Source: Convolutriloba macropyga
Lineage: Eukaryota
NCBI RefSeq assembly: GCF_964194025.1
Contig: NC_134479.1
Coordinates: 6,324,001-6,388,000 of the forward strand
Direction of reading: 5' to 3'
DNA length: 64,000 bases
The notes beneath the pieces are model-generated. The model made no database searches, had not been told where the DNA came from, and was given only the letters and a program-made list of their open reading frames with translations. Both the position numbers and the translations under genes were made by a program. Positions 63,801 through 64,000 of this stretch are shown here, one piece after another (position 1 is the first letter of the stretch; every line of letters begins with the position of its first letter).

Positions 63801-64000
63801 TTTACTGAGCGGTGGATATTCCGTTGACGATATGGGTTGGAGTTTTGATTAACAAAGCTTTGGCTGCTTGGGTAAACATGTCCACGAGGGGTTACGTTTG
63901 AGGTCTCAAAACTACCGTTTGCTAAGTTTGACCAACTGTTTGGGCAATATAACTGAAATGGGCCGGAATGGTTTGGCGTTGGGAAACGATTGCCGAAATA
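57880..64000 (-). mobile_element. BEL/Pao LTR retrotransposon, continues past the right edge
   Basis: gag (WNEWSSMF..LNRRFGN), knuckles CFNCL..C..CRHCNGKHHSLLH, PR ILDNGS, RT YLPHHPV, ADIEAMFMQ, FYMDD, RH FCDASQLAYG, WSDS, IN VDYLGP, SDNGSNF, WERLV, WPLGRV; PPT then TGTT at 58754 starts the 3' LTR, whose left end is uncertain. Confidence 0.95.
58775..64000 (-). pseudogene. BEL/Pao polyprotein, split by a few frameshifts/stops
   Basis: Consecutive ORFs 63311-63763, 62920-63351, 60607-62862, 59612-60625, 58736-59593. Confidence 0.9.

Overview
AT-rich eukaryotic (probably invertebrate) genomic window made up mostly of nested and degenerate transposable elements. From left to right: (1) a minus-strand CR1/L2-type LINE (PHD-finger ORF1, APE-RT ORF2 running off the left edge); (2) two related small-LTR Gypsy families whose primer-binding position is complementary to their own LTR rather than to a tRNA, as in Tf1-type self-priming; (3) two recent tandem duplications (~3.19 kb and ~2.86 kb) over decayed L2, Gypsy pol and env-like fragments, including a cysteine-rich insert near the end of a Gypsy element; (4) a Gypsy-type integrase split by three nested MITEs; (5) CCCAGG-terminated MITEs with 2-bp TSDs and internal repeat arrays; (6) a complete 8-kb non-autonomous LTR element with ~2.1-2.4 kb LTRs, PBS, PPT and a 5-bp TSD; (7) the first three coding exons of a secreted GH5 (cellulase-family) glycoside hydrolase gene with a GC-AG intron and TE-filled introns; (8) a Copia remnant, a 5'-truncated LINE and a near-complete BEL/Pao element running off the right edge. 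The GH5 gene is the only host gene I can support. All calls come from reading the sequence by eye; no database searches were run.
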